Notes: a model not told the origin generated them from the letters alone. 64,000 bases of DNA from Candidatus Acidiferrum sp. (GCA_035309625.1 DATGEY010000027.1:945-64944); one strand, 5' to 3'; shown: positions 42,532-52,288, numbered from the stretch's first letter. Numbers and translations are program-made.

Positions 42532-45500
42532 GTGAAGCGCCATTCCCATTGCTTACAGGCTCGTGCGTCCGCGAGCACTTTGTACAAGACTGCATCCGTC
42601 CTCGGTCTTCTTTTTTGCGCCTTGGTGATAACGCTAGGTGTGCCCTGCGCCTCGCAGGCCCAGGACACCGGCTACATCAGCGGCACGGTCATCGACAAAT
42701 CCGGCGCCGCCGTGGTGGGCGCGGAAGTGGTGCTGACCAGCACCGCCGGCAGCGTCACCCGCAGCACCACCACCAACAGCGATGGCGCTTACACCATCGC
42801 CGGTCTGCCCGGCGACAGCTACAACCTCAGCGTCAGCGCCAAAGGCTTCCAGAAGTACACCGCGCAGAGCATCAAGCTCAACGTGGCGGAAAAGGCCCGC
42901 GTGGATGTCACGCTCACCGTCGGTGCCATGACCGAAGAGATCACGGTCACGGGCGAAAGCGTGGCCCAGGTGGAGACGCAATCCTCCGACCTGACCAACA
43001 CCATCACCGGCAAGCAGATCAATCAACTCGAATTGAATGGCCGCAACTTCACCCAGCTTGTCGTCCTGGCGCCCGGCGTGGTGAATCAGACCGGCTCGGA
43101 CGAAGGCAAAGTCGGCGTGTACGGCAACGTGGCCTATAGCATGAACGGCGGCCGCACTGAGTACAACAACTGGGAGCTGGACGGCGGCGACAACATGGAT
43201 AACGGCAGCAATTCCACGTTGAACGTTTATCCCAACCTGGAAGCCATCGCCGAATTTAAAGTGCTCACATCGAACTACGGCGCGCAGTACGGACGCAATG
43301 GCTCCGGCACCGTGGAGGTGGAGACCAAGGGCGGCGGCAGCGCTTTCCATGGCAGTGCCTTCGAGTACCTGCGTAACGATATGTTCAACGCGCGGCCGTG
43401 GACGTCAGGGAATGATCCAACCCATCCCAACCCAGCATACAAGAAGCACGACTTCGGCTATACCGTAGGCGGTCCGGTTTACATTCCCAATCACTACAAC
43501 TCGGACAAAAGGAAAACCTTCTTCTTCTTCTCTGAAGAATGGCGCCGCGAGAAGAACCCCGCAACCATTGACCACAACGTTCCTTCGGTTGCGGAGCGCG
43601 GCGGCAATTTCTCGGATCTTTGTCCCGGCCCGGATTGCCCCAACACCGGTGCCAACCCCGTAGCAAACGTCTCGGCAGTTCCGATTAGCCCGGTTGGTCA
43701 GGCGCTCCTTGCTCTGATTCCGTCGCCAAATACGACCCTGGGCGGTTTCCCGGCGTTTACGCAGACCGTTTCCACACCCACGACTTGGCGTGAGGAGTTG
43801 GTGCGCGTTGACCACAACATAACGGACAACTACCGCTTGACCTTCCGCTACATCCACGATTCGTGGTCGACAATCGTTGCGAACCCCTTGTGGGGCAATG
43901 GATCAAATTTCGAGAACATTCAAACCAATTTCGTCGGTCCGGGAACCAGTTTTGTTGCCCGCTTGAATGCGACCATATCGCCAACTTTGCTGAATGAATT
44001 TGTCGCCAGCTATACCGCCGACCACATCTTTCTGACCGCTCTTAATAACCCCGCCGCACTTCCGGCGGGCGCGATGGGTTCTATCTTCGCGAACGGTTTT
44101 GGAGGCAAACTGCCATCCATCGTGCTCAATGGCAATACGGCTTATGGGAGTACACTTCAGCAGGACACAGGTTATTTCCCTTGGAACAACGCTAACCCCA
44201 CTTATACCTATCGCGACAACCTGACGAAGACCGTCGCCAATCACACTTTGATCATGGGTGTCTATTTCGCGGCGGCGCAGAAGAACGAGGATAACTCTCC
44301 CTACTTGCAAGGCATCCTGACCTTTAACACAAGCTCATCCGTAAGCTCAGGAAACTCCTTCGCCGACATGTTGGCGGGAAACGTCGGGCAGTACCAACAG
44401 GCGAACATCGAAGCGAAGTATTACAATCGCTACAAAATCGTCGAGCCCTACTTCCAGGATGACTGGCGCGCCACGAAACGGTTTACCCTGAACCTCGGTT
44501 TACGCGTCAGCTTGTTCGGAACCTATCGCGAGCGATACCAACACGCATTCAACTTGGACCCGACTGCCTTCAGCGCGGGGAATTCACCGACAATCGACGT
44601 CACCGGATCGACTACCGGTTTCGCTGGCGCCTTCGTCCCCGGAACAGGGAATCCGTTCAATGGCATCGTTCAATGCGGGGGATCGGGGGGCACCTTCCCA
44701 GTTGACGGATTTCCGAACGCGAGTGCGGGTTCAAATTCCAATCCGGGCTGCTTGAAGGGGCATATGTTCAATCCGGCGCCCCGCATCGGCTTTGCCTTCG
44801 ACCCAAAGGGCGACGGCAAGATGGCCATCCGCGGCGGCTACGGCGTTTTCTTCGAGCACACCAACGGAAACGAAGGAAACACGGAGTCGCTGGAAGGTTC
44901 CGCGCCATTCGCGCTTACCGCCTCACAATTCAACATCGTCGGCTATCCCAACATTGGCGGGGGCGGTAGTGCCACAGTTCCATTTTTCCCGCTTTCGGAG
45001 ACTTCCATTCCAAACCAAGTGCAATGGCCCTACGTTCAGCAATGGCACTTGGATGTTCAGAGAGAACTGCCCGGCAATATCGTCATGACGGCATCCTATG
45101 TCGGCAGTAAGGGAACGCATTTGACGCTACAGAATGACCTGAATCAGCTGTTCCCGGTCTCACCGTCACAGAATCCATACGCACCCGGACAGGTGATTAC
45201 CGGAGCGGACTGCGGCAGCATCGCCACGGATCCAACAACCGGCAGTCCGACCGGTGCGACGCTGAGTAATGGCGCGGTTTTAGGGCCGACGAGCCCGGGA
45301 CTCGTCAACCTATTCGTCGCTTGCGGTGGCAACCCTGATCCGCTAAGGTCCAATCTTCCGGGCTACGGCAGGGTGACCGGGTTGCGGGACTCTGCCAATT
45401 CGACCTATCACGCCCTGCAGATTACGGCGAGAAAGACCGTTGGTAATCTGCAGTTGAGCCTTGCTTACACATACAGCCACTCAATCGATGATTCCTCGGA

Positions 45501-46125
45501 CCGCTTCGATAACGCTTTCGTAAACGCATACGATCTGGCCGCAAATCGCGCGAGCTCGGGTTTTGACATGCGTCACAATCTGGCCATCAGCTATATCTAT
45601 GCGTTGCCGTTCTTTAAAAGCCCGGGCTTCGCGCACCACGTGCTCGGCGGATGGCAAGTTTCGGGAATCACTATCGCCCAGACCGGCACTCCGTTTAGCG
45701 TGACCAATGGCACTACGTTCGGCGATAACGCCGGGGTGGCTAATGGAGTGGGCACCGGCTCGCGGCCAGATCTTGTCGGTAACCCCCACGACGTTACCGC
45801 CGCTCAACAGGCCGCTGAGGCGGGAACTTTCGGCCCTCTCTATTACAACGATGCGGCCTTCGCAGTGCCAACGGGCCTAACCTTTGGCAACGTAGGCCGA
45901 GACACGCTGTACTTGCCAGGCCGTCTCAATTTCGACTTCGGCCTCTCCAAGCGCTTTGCCTTCACAGAAAGAACGGGACTCGACTTCAAGTGGGAGAACT
46001 TCAACTTCTTCAACCATACCCAGTTCGACTCGATTAGTTCCAGCTTCGGCGCTTCAGACTTCTTGCACCTGAACGGCACGCACGATCCGCGGCGTATGCA
46101 GTTCGGTTTGCGGTTTTACTTTTAG
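42532..46125 (+). CDS. TonB-dependent receptor, Oar-like, with carboxypeptidase-regulatory-like N-terminal domain
   Basis: ISGTVID.SGA, LNGRNF, EFKV.TSNY.AQYG, YFQDDW, PRIGFA, C-terminal RRMQFGLRFYF. Confidence 0.93.
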   Translation: MKRHSHCLQARASASTLYKTASVLGLLFCALVITLGVPCASQAQDTGYISGTVIDKSGAAVVGAEVVLTSTAGSVTRSTTTNSDGAYTIAGLPGDSYNLSVSAKGFQKYTAQSIKLNVAEKARVDVTLTVGAMTEEITVTGESVAQVETQSSDLTNTITGKQINQLELNGRNFTQLVVLAPGVVNQTGSDEGKVGVYGNVAYSMNGGRTEYNNWELDGGDNMDNGSNSTLNVYPNLEAIAEFKVLTSNYGAQYGRNGSGTVEVETKGGGSAFHGSAFEYLRNDMFNARPWTSGNDPTHPNPAYKKHDFGYTVGGPVYIPNHYNSDKRKTFFFFSEEWRREKNPATIDHNVPSVAERGGNFSDLCPGPDCPNTGANPVANVSAVPISPVGQALLALIPSPNTTLGGFPAFTQTVSTPTTWREELVRVDHNITDNYRLTFRYIHDSWSTIVANPLWGNGSNFENIQTNFVGPGTSFVARLNATISPTLLNEFVASYTADHIFLTALNNPAALPAGAMGSIFANGFGGKLPSIVLNGNTAYGSTLQQDTGYFPWNNANPTYTYRDNLTKTVANHTLIMGVYFAAAQKNEDNSPYLQGILTFNTSSSVSSGNSFADMLAGNVGQYQQANIEAKYYNRYKIVEPYFQDDWRATKRFTLNLGLRVSLFGTYRERYQHAFNLDPTAFSAGNSPTIDVTGSTTGFAGAFVPGTGNPFNGIVQCGGSGGTFPVDGFPNASAGSNSNPGCLKGHMFNPAPRIGFAFDPKGDGKMAIRGGYGVFFEHTNGNEGNTESLEGSAPFALTASQFNIVGYPNIGGGGSATVPFFPLSETSIPNQVQWPYVQQWHLDVQRELPGNIVMTASYVGSKGTHLTLQNDLNQLFPVSPSQNPYAPGQVITGADCGSIATDPTTGSPTGATLSNGAVLGPTSPGLVNLFVACGGNPDPLRSNLPGYGRVTGLRDSANSTYHALQITARKTVGNLQLSLAYTYSHSIDDSSDRFDNAFVNAYDLAANRASSGFDMRHNLAISYIYALPFFKSPGFAHHVLGGWQVSGITIAQTGTPFSVTNGTTFGDNAGVANGVGTGSRPDLVGNPHDVTAAQQAAEAGTFGPLYYNDAAFAVPTGLTFGNVGRDTLYLPGRLNFDFGLSKRFAFTERTGLDFKWENFNFFNHTQFDSISSSFGASDFLHLNGTHDPRRMQFGLRFYF

Positions 46126-46149
46126 TTGACCACCAACCACCCCGAAAAG

Positions 46150-46178
46150 GCGGCGCTCTTCGGAGCGCCGCTTTTTTT
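46150..46178 (+). terminator. Rho-independent terminator
   Basis: GCGGCGCTC-TTCG-GAGCGCCGC followed by T7. Confidence 0.9.
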
Positions 46179-46311
46179 CTTTGAGCGCTCCAGAGTGGAA
46201 GCCAATCCCTTCCCCGGCTCACCTCTCGTATGTGTGCCGGGGCGTAAAGCGCCTGAGCTACAAGTGTTGCGGCAATTTTTTTGACTGCCAAGATTTAGTG
46301 AAAGGAGTACA

Positions 46312-47196
46312 ATGCGCGGCATGAATCGACGCACATTTATTGGAACGTCCGTGGTTGGCGCGGTAGCCGCCTCCCGCCCTGCGTGGACGGCGGAAACTCA
46401 TCCCATTCAACGCGTAGGGCTGCAGCTCTACACCGTCCGCAACCTGCTGAAGCAGGATTTCGAGGGCACCATCGCGAAAGTCGCGGAAATTGGCTACAAG
46501 GAAGTCGAGTTTGCCGGCTACGACGGCAAATCGCCGCAGGAAGTCCGCAAGATTCTGGACAGCAACAAGCTCACCTCGCCCTCCGAGCACATCCCCATGG
46601 AAGTGATTGAAAAGAAATGGCCGGAGACGCTGGAAGCCGCGCATACCGTGGGGCAGAAGTTCATTGTGTGCCCGTGGATGGAGGTATCCAAGCGCAACCC
46701 CGACGATTTCAAGCGCGCGGCGGAAGTTTTCAATCGTGCCGGCGAATCCGCTCAAAAAGCCGGCATCCAGTTCGCTTATCACAACCATGCCTTCGAGTTT
46801 CAGCCTGCCGAGGGGTTGGGCGGCAAGATGCCGTACGATTTCCTGCTGGCGGAGACCGACGCGAAGCTGGTCAAGATGGAAATGGACCTGTGCTGGATCA
46901 CCGTGGGCGGTCAGGACCCGGTGAAATATTTTGATCTGTATCCCGGACGCTTCCCGCTGGTGCACGTGAAGGATTGGACCAGTAAAGGCACGGACGGCAA
47001 CGACTACGGCGGCGCGGGCGCCAAGAAGCCCGGGCACATCACCGACGTCGGTCAGGGCGAAATCGATTGGAAGCGGATCTTCGCGCAGGCCGGTAGGGCC
47101 GGAATCCAGCACTACTTCGTGGAGAACGATTATCCGAAAGAGCCGTTTGAAGACATTAAGATCAGCTACAACTATTTGAGCAAGCTGAGCACGTAA
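46312..47196 (+). CDS. Tat-exported sugar phosphate isomerase/epimerase (xylose-isomerase-like TIM barrel)
   Basis: NRRTFI Tat signal; GLQLYTVR, YHNH..EF, EMD..W, HVKD, VEND motifs. Confidence 0.88.
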   Translation: MRGMNRRTFIGTSVVGAVAASRPAWTAETHPIQRVGLQLYTVRNLLKQDFEGTIAKVAEIGYKEVEFAGYDGKSPQEVRKILDSNKLTSPSEHIPMEVIEKKWPETLEAAHTVGQKFIVCPWMEVSKRNPDDFKRAAEVFNRAGESAQKAGIQFAYHNHAFEFQPAEGLGGKMPYDFLLAETDAKLVKMEMDLCWITVGGQDPVKYFDLYPGRFPLVHVKDWTSKGTDGNDYGGAGAKKPGHITDVGQGEIDWKRIFAQAGRAGIQHYFVENDYPKEPFEDIKISYNYLSKLST

Positions 47197-47244
47197 ACTC
47201 CTCTAACTGAGGAACTTGACGCGTCCGCAGGCGGAAATTACACA

Positions 47245-47394
47245 AAAACTGTCCCAGTTTTCAGGAGGCCCCCTCCCCCCGGGTTTCCCGGATCTGCACA
47301 TTCTAAACGAGTTACGGGCACATCCTTCCGCAACTGCGTATTCTAAAGGACTTACGTCATCGTAGGTTTGTAATGCCTTTTTGCCGGGAGGGGG
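47245..47394. repeat. Structured intergenic element: hairpin, imperfect terminal inverted repeats and two 23-bp direct repeats at a 40-bp period
   Basis: CCCCCTCCCCCCGG ... CTGCACATTCTAAACGAGTTACG (47294) / CTGCGTATTCTAAAGGACTTACG (47334) ... CCGGGAGGGGG. Confidence 0.6.
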
Positions 47395-47481
47395 ACTGCC
47401 TGGACCTGAACGCGGTATTACCTGAAAGTTATAGTACCTCAAATTGGGAAAAAGTCAAGCGAAATCGGACGAAATCGATCG

Positions 47482-48093
47482 CTAAGTGGAGGATGGCCGG
47501 TCCGGAACGGGCGGGCAGCCGGGAAACTCGCGTAAGGAGGTATTACCGATGTACTGCAGGTCGGCGATGCCGATTTTGCTGGTGTAAAAGCCGTCGCAGG
47601 TCATCTTGCGGAGAAAGGCAAAGAAAGCGATGCCGGGGCTGAGGGATTCATCCTTTTTCGCGTTTTTGCGATAGGCGATCAGGTCCAGGACATCGCCGCG
47701 CTGCTGCGGCGTGCACTCCATAAATACTTTGGCGTAGCGGTCGGCGCAAAAGCTGTCCAGCCAAACCAGGCCACCGCCGAGGCGCAACTGATACTTCTCG
47801 TTTTCGCTGGTGAGCAAATCGATAAATTCCGGGGCGCCGGCTTCGACGGCTCCGCCGGAATGATCATCCTTGGGGATAATAGCGTCGCAGAGCCAATTCA
47901 GAGTTTCGTATTGGTGGGCGGAAAAATATTTGGGAGCATACTTCCCCGCGGGAGACGCAGCTTTTTCCTTGTGCACGGCCTGATGCGCGAACTCGGCAGC
48001 TTTGGCCGGGATTACCTGCAGGACGGAGCCGCCTACGGCGCCGATGGCCAGGGTCTTCAATATGTCGCGCCGGCTTACGCTTTGCGAACTCAT
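47482..48093 (-). CDS. Gluconate 2-dehydrogenase subunit 3 family protein (Tat carrier subunit for the GMC enzyme)
   Basis: SRRDIL Tat signal; IIP.D..SGGA, FID, GFYTSKIG..DL.Y.GN. Confidence 0.88.
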   Translation of the reverse strand: MSSQSVSRRDILKTLAIGAVGGSVLQVIPAKAAEFAHQAVHKEKAASPAGKYAPKYFSAHQYETLNWLCDAIIPKDDHSGGAVEAGAPEFIDLLTSENEKYQLRLGGGLVWLDSFCADRYAKVFMECTPQQRGDVLDLIAYRKNAKKDESLSPGIAFFAFLRKMTCDGFYTSKIGIADLQYIGNTSLREFPGCPPVPDRPSST

Positions 48094-48184
48094 AGCCCCT
48101 CGCAATGACTGTGGTTGAGATATTTCGCTAGGCCTACGTGCGCGGGCAGGTTCCGGAGGAAGACTTTGTGCCGCTGGGTAGGCA

Positions 48185-49888
48185 TTACAGGTTTCCTTTT
48201 TGGGCTTCGGAGAGCAGGTACTCCGAGGCGCGCCAGGCTAGCGCCATGATGGTCAGGGTGGGATTCTTGTCCGGGTTGGTGACCAGCGGAGCGCCGTCGG
48301 TGACGAAAAGATTCTTCACGTCGTGGGCCTGGCAATAGCCGTTGAGCACCGAGGTTTTGGGATCGGCGCCCATGCGCGCGGTGCCGACTTCGTGAATGAT
48401 TTTTCCGCCGGCTTGAATGCCGAAGGGATAGGGGCCGTCGATCCTGGTCTTGGTGCGATATTCGCCGCCGGCGGCTTCTACAATGGCGCGGAAGGTCTGC
48501 TGCATGTCCTGAGCCTGGCGGAGTTCGTAGTCAGTCCATTTGAAATGGAAGCGGAGGACCGGGATGCCCCACTGATCGACGATGTCCGGATCGATTTCGC
48601 AGTAGGTGTCCGGGTTGGGAACCATTTCGCCGCGCCCGGAAAAACCGATGGTAGTGCCGTAGACTCTGCGGGCGCGCTGCTTCAGTCCCGCGCCATAGCC
48701 TTCTTCGCGGTGGCACAGGCCGTCGAACATCCCCACGCCGGGCATGTCGCGGCCGCCCCAAATCTCGATGTGATAGCCGCGGGGGAAATCGTTCTTGCGA
48801 TCGAATTTCCACCAGGGAATGTACATGTGCATGCCGCCGACGCCGTCGTGATTGTGCGGGGGCATCCTGTCGAGATAGGGAAATTCGCCCCAGCCGTCGC
48901 TGCCGACCGAGTCGGTGAGATATTTGCCGACGGTGCCGGAAGAATTGGCCAGCCCGTCGGGAAACGACGAAGATTTGGAGTTGAGCAGGAGTCGCGCGGA
49001 TTCGCAGGCGCTGGCGGCAAGGACCACGGCGCGTGCCGTGATGCGCTTTTCCGAGCGTGTGGATTTATCGATGTAGGAAACGCCTTGGGCTTTTCCGTCG
49101 TTGCCGACCAGGATTTCGCGGGCCATGGCGCCGGTAATCAGGGTCAATTTGCCGGTGGCCATGGCGGGAGGAAGCAAAACCTGGCTGGAACTGAAATTGG
49201 ATGCAGTGACGCAGCCGCGGCCGCACTGGCCGCAGTAGTGGCAGGGCAAGCGTCCGTTCACGGATTTGGTGAGGATGGCCAGACGCGAGGGGATGCAAAT
49301 GATATCGAGCTTGTCGCAAGCTTTCTTGACGATCAGCTCGTGGCAGCGCGGCTTGGGCGGCGGAAGGAAAACGCCGTCGGGGGCGCTGGAGACATTTTCC
49401 CTGGTGCCGAAGACGCCGATGTAAGACTCCACTTTGTCGTAATACGGCGCGAGATCTTCGTAGCCGATGGGCCAGTCGGCACCGAGCGAATCGCGGGTGT
49501 AGGAGCGGAAATCGACGGGTGCAAAGCGCAGGGCGATGCGCCCCCAGTGGTTGGTGCGGCCACCGACGATGCGGGAGCGAAACCACTGGAAGTCGGCGCC
49601 GGGGGCGGAAGTGTAGGGTTCGCCGGCAATATCCCACGCGCCATTGGGCGCGAGAAATTCACCAAAATTTTCCAACGCGGAGCCGCCAACGCCTGCACCG
49701 CGATGGGGAACATCGTAGGGCCACAGCAGCATCTTGAAATCTTTTTCGGGATAAACCTGAGGGCCGGCCTCCAGCAGGGCGACGCTGAGGCCGCCTTCCG
49801 TCAGGATCTTGGCGGCCATGCCGCCGCCCGCGCCGGAGCCAATCACGCAGACATCATAAGTTTTTGGCGAACGCGCGGTTTGGGGCAT
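48185..49888 (-). CDS. GMC-family FAD oxidoreductase (glycoside/glucoside 3-dehydrogenase-like)
   Basis: GSGAGG FAD motif, GGRTNHW, CHYCGQCGRGC Cys cluster, HEVGTARMG, NPTLTIMAL. Confidence 0.9.
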   Translation of the reverse strand: MPQTARSPKTYDVCVIGSGAGGGMAAKILTEGGLSVALLEAGPQVYPEKDFKMLLWPYDVPHRGAGVGGSALENFGEFLAPNGAWDIAGEPYTSAPGADFQWFRSRIVGGRTNHWGRIALRFAPVDFRSYTRDSLGADWPIGYEDLAPYYDKVESYIGVFGTRENVSSAPDGVFLPPPKPRCHELIVKKACDKLDIICIPSRLAILTKSVNGRLPCHYCGQCGRGCVTASNFSSSQVLLPPAMATGKLTLITGAMAREILVGNDGKAQGVSYIDKSTRSEKRITARAVVLAASACESARLLLNSKSSSFPDGLANSSGTVGKYLTDSVGSDGWGEFPYLDRMPPHNHDGVGGMHMYIPWWKFDRKNDFPRGYHIEIWGGRDMPGVGMFDGLCHREEGYGAGLKQRARRVYGTTIGFSGRGEMVPNPDTYCEIDPDIVDQWGIPVLRFHFKWTDYELRQAQDMQQTFRAIVEAAGGEYRTKTRIDGPYPFGIQAGGKIIHEVGTARMGADPKTSVLNGYCQAHDVKNLFVTDGAPLVTNPDKNPTLTIMALAWRASEYLLSEAQKGNL

Positions 49889-49928
49889 CTATTGTTCTCC
49901 GTGAACCATGCGCTTCACTTCTTTGACG

Positions 49929-51074
49929 TTACGTACCGAGCAGCTCGTTGCGCACGTTCTTCAAAACCCACGCGGCGCGTTCCACACCAACGGGGCCGGG
50001 CAAAATGGGATCTTCATTTTCAATGCTGAGAATGCCTTCGTAACCGATGTCCATGTAAGCCTTGATCACGGACTTCCACAAGTTGGCGCCGTGGCCGTAG
50101 CCCACGGCGCGAAACGTCTCGGAGGCCTGCGGGAGGTCGGCGAGTTCCGAAGCGAAATTGAGGACGCCATACTTTGCGAGGTTGTCCGGGAACATCACGG
50201 TGTCTTTCATGTGCGCGTGGAAAATGGCTTTGTGCCGGCCCAGGAAATGAATGACTTCCACGGGGTCGCAGCCTTGCCAAAAGAGATGGCTCAAGTCGCA
50301 ATTGGCGCCAATTTCCTCACCGGCGGCTTCGCGCAATTTCATGAGCGTACGCGGATTGTAGACTACGAAATTGGGATGCATCTCGAGGGCGAGGCGATGG
50401 ATACCGTGCTCGCGAGCAAATTTCGCGGTCTCTTTCCAGTAGGGAATTACCTTTTCCTTCCATTGCCAGTCCAACATTTGGCCGTATTCCGGAGGCCAGC
50501 GATAGGTAATCCAGTTGGGCTGGGTGTCGGTGGGCGTACCAGCGGGGCAGCCGGAAAATCCGACGATGACGCGAACATCCAAGCGCTCGGCGAGGAGAAT
50601 GGTTTTGCGGAAACTTTCGCGGTCGCGCGCGGCGTGTTTCTCGTCGGGATGGACGGGATTGCCGTGGCAGCTCAGCGTGGCGACCTGAATGCCGCGATCT
50701 TCGAACTTCTTTTTCCAAGCCTTGGCCTTGGCGGGATCGGCGAGCAGTTCGTCGATCGGGCAATGCCCGGTGCCGGGATAGCCGCCGGTGCCGATCTCCA
50801 TGGCTTCCAGGCCGAGAGCAGTCACACGATCCAACATTTCCTCGAGGGAAAGCTTGTCGTAGACCGGATCGAACACGCCGATGGGTATTTTGCGCAGCGC
50901 ACCGGGGTTGGATTGCTGCGCGGGATTCGCGGCGGAGGAGGGCGGCGCGGCCGACGGCGGTAAAAAGTCTGCTGAGCGCACGACACCCGGCATGGATGCG
51001 GCAAACAAACCGGTTCCCGTGGCCGCCAGAAAATTCCTGCGGCCGATGCGCGACGATTTGCGCGAATTCTTCAT
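49929..51074 (-). CDS. Tat-exported TIM-barrel sugar phosphate isomerase/epimerase (IolE/3-keto-glycoside lyase-like)
   Basis: GRRNFL Tat signal; LSCHGNPVHP, LEMHP, D.SHLFWQG, HAHMKD, SIENED motifs. Confidence 0.87.
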   Translation of the reverse strand: MKNSRKSSRIGRRNFLAATGTGLFAASMPGVVRSADFLPPSAAPPSSAANPAQQSNPGALRKIPIGVFDPVYDKLSLEEMLDRVTALGLEAMEIGTGGYPGTGHCPIDELLADPAKAKAWKKKFEDRGIQVATLSCHGNPVHPDEKHAARDRESFRKTILLAERLDVRVIVGFSGCPAGTPTDTQPNWITYRWPPEYGQMLDWQWKEKVIPYWKETAKFAREHGIHRLALEMHPNFVVYNPRTLMKLREAAGEEIGANCDLSHLFWQGCDPVEVIHFLGRHKAIFHAHMKDTVMFPDNLAKYGVLNFASELADLPQASETFRAVGYGHGANLWKSVIKAYMDIGYEGILSIENEDPILPGPVGVERAAWVLKNVRNELLGT

Positions 51075-51144
51075 GCGCTCTCCCCGGCGAAGGCGTTGTT
51101 ACGCGTCGCCGGGCGGCATTATACGATGCTTTTTGCGGAGGCAG

Positions 51145-52056
51145 CTATGCTCTTCGCAGGGAATTCAGAGCGGTAAGGGGAGGAATGGAAGTGGGCACGG
51201 TGAGCACCCGCTCCGGAGGCCGCTTCTTTTGCTGTATGGCCTGGACCAGCATCTCGATCGCTTGACCGGCGTTGGGCGGAACGAAAACGGTGGCGGCAAG
51301 CAAGCCGCTGAGCACCCAGGCCTGGCCGGTTTTGGGAAGGCCGTCGCAACCGGTGAAGGGCAGTTTCAACCAGCGTTCACGGTCGGCTTCGCCGGTCAAT
51401 TCCTCGAAGGCTTTGCGAGCGCCGACGGCCATCGAATCATCCTGAGCGGCAATGAGGTCCACGGTGGCTTTTTGCGAGGTGGTGAGCTTGAGCCAGGAGC
51501 GTACGGCGCGCTGCGCGCTTTCTTCGGTCCACTGCGCGCGCAGCGCGATGATCTGGATGTTGGCCGGCTTGGTCTCTTGCATGCCCAAGGTACGTTCCTT
51601 GGCCGCGGAGTTTTCCGACGGGCCCTGAATGTACAGCACCGCGCCCCCGCGCGGCAGCAGCGCAGCGAACTGGCGCCCCTGAATGCGGCCAATCTCGACG
51701 TGATCGGAACTGATGGCGAAAATCGCGGCGCTGGAGATCCGGCGGAGGTCTTCGACGTAATTGGCATCGCGATTGAGAATGGCCCAACCGACATCGGCAG
51801 TGGCGGCCGCGCGAGCCACCTGGGGCAGGGCGGTGCCGCCGACGGGCTCGAAAACGATGGCACTGGGCCGGTCCGCGGCCGGCGCCTGAATGGCGCGGAG
51901 GATTTGGGTGCTCTGGTTGATGGCGTCGTTATTGGCGTAGATAATGTCGGCGGTGACGCCCATTTTATTGGCGGCCTGTTCGGCGGATTGAGCCTGCTCC
52001 ATCTGATAATCGTTGTCGTTAGTGGTGAGAGAAACGAGAATTCGCATCTTTGCCAT
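51145..52056 (-). CDS. Periplasmic-binding-protein type 1 (sugar-binding, Peripla_BP_4-like) with no signal peptide
   Basis: NDYQ..Q, D..EIGRIQG, QGP, DSMAVGA, GCDG motifs; ATG at 52056 begins directly with the first beta-strand. Confidence 0.8.
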   Translation of the reverse strand: MAKMRILVSLTTNDNDYQMEQAQSAEQAANKMGVTADIIYANNDAINQSTQILRAIQAPAADRPSAIVFEPVGGTALPQVARAAATADVGWAILNRDANYVEDLRRISSAAIFAISSDHVEIGRIQGRQFAALLPRGGAVLYIQGPSENSAAKERTLGMQETKPANIQIIALRAQWTEESAQRAVRSWLKLTTSQKATVDLIAAQDDSMAVGARKAFEELTGEADRERWLKLPFTGCDGLPKTGQAWVLSGLLAATVFVPPNAGQAIEMLVQAIQQKKRPPERVLTVPTSIPPLTALNSLRRA

Positions 52057-52211
52057 TGGCCGGCACCAGCCCCCAGCAAGCAACCATACACCGAGTCGTT
52101 TCGGGACGGAGAAAAATGGCGCACGCCGCGACCAGCCGGTCACTATGCACGTGCGCAACATGCAAAGGAAGGAACGAAAGCAGGAAGGATGCAATCGGGA
52201 AATGGCCGGAG

Positions 52212-52288
52212 TGGTAGCCCGGACGGGAGTCGAACCCGTAATCTTCACCTTGAGAGGGTGACGAGTTAACCGATTACTCTACCGGGCC
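52212..52288 (-). tRNA. tRNA-Glu (anticodon CTC)
   Basis: GGCCCGG acceptor stem, TCACC-CTCTCAA-GGTGA anticodon arm, GGTTCGAC T-loop, encoded CCA. Confidence 0.95.

Noticed and set aside
47294-47356. Mini CRISPR array
   Set aside because: Only two imperfect repeats, a 17-nt spacer and no cas genes
52212-52288. tRNA-Glu as an integration site for a genomic island
   Set aside because: No integrase and no duplicated tRNA 3' end noticed in the window
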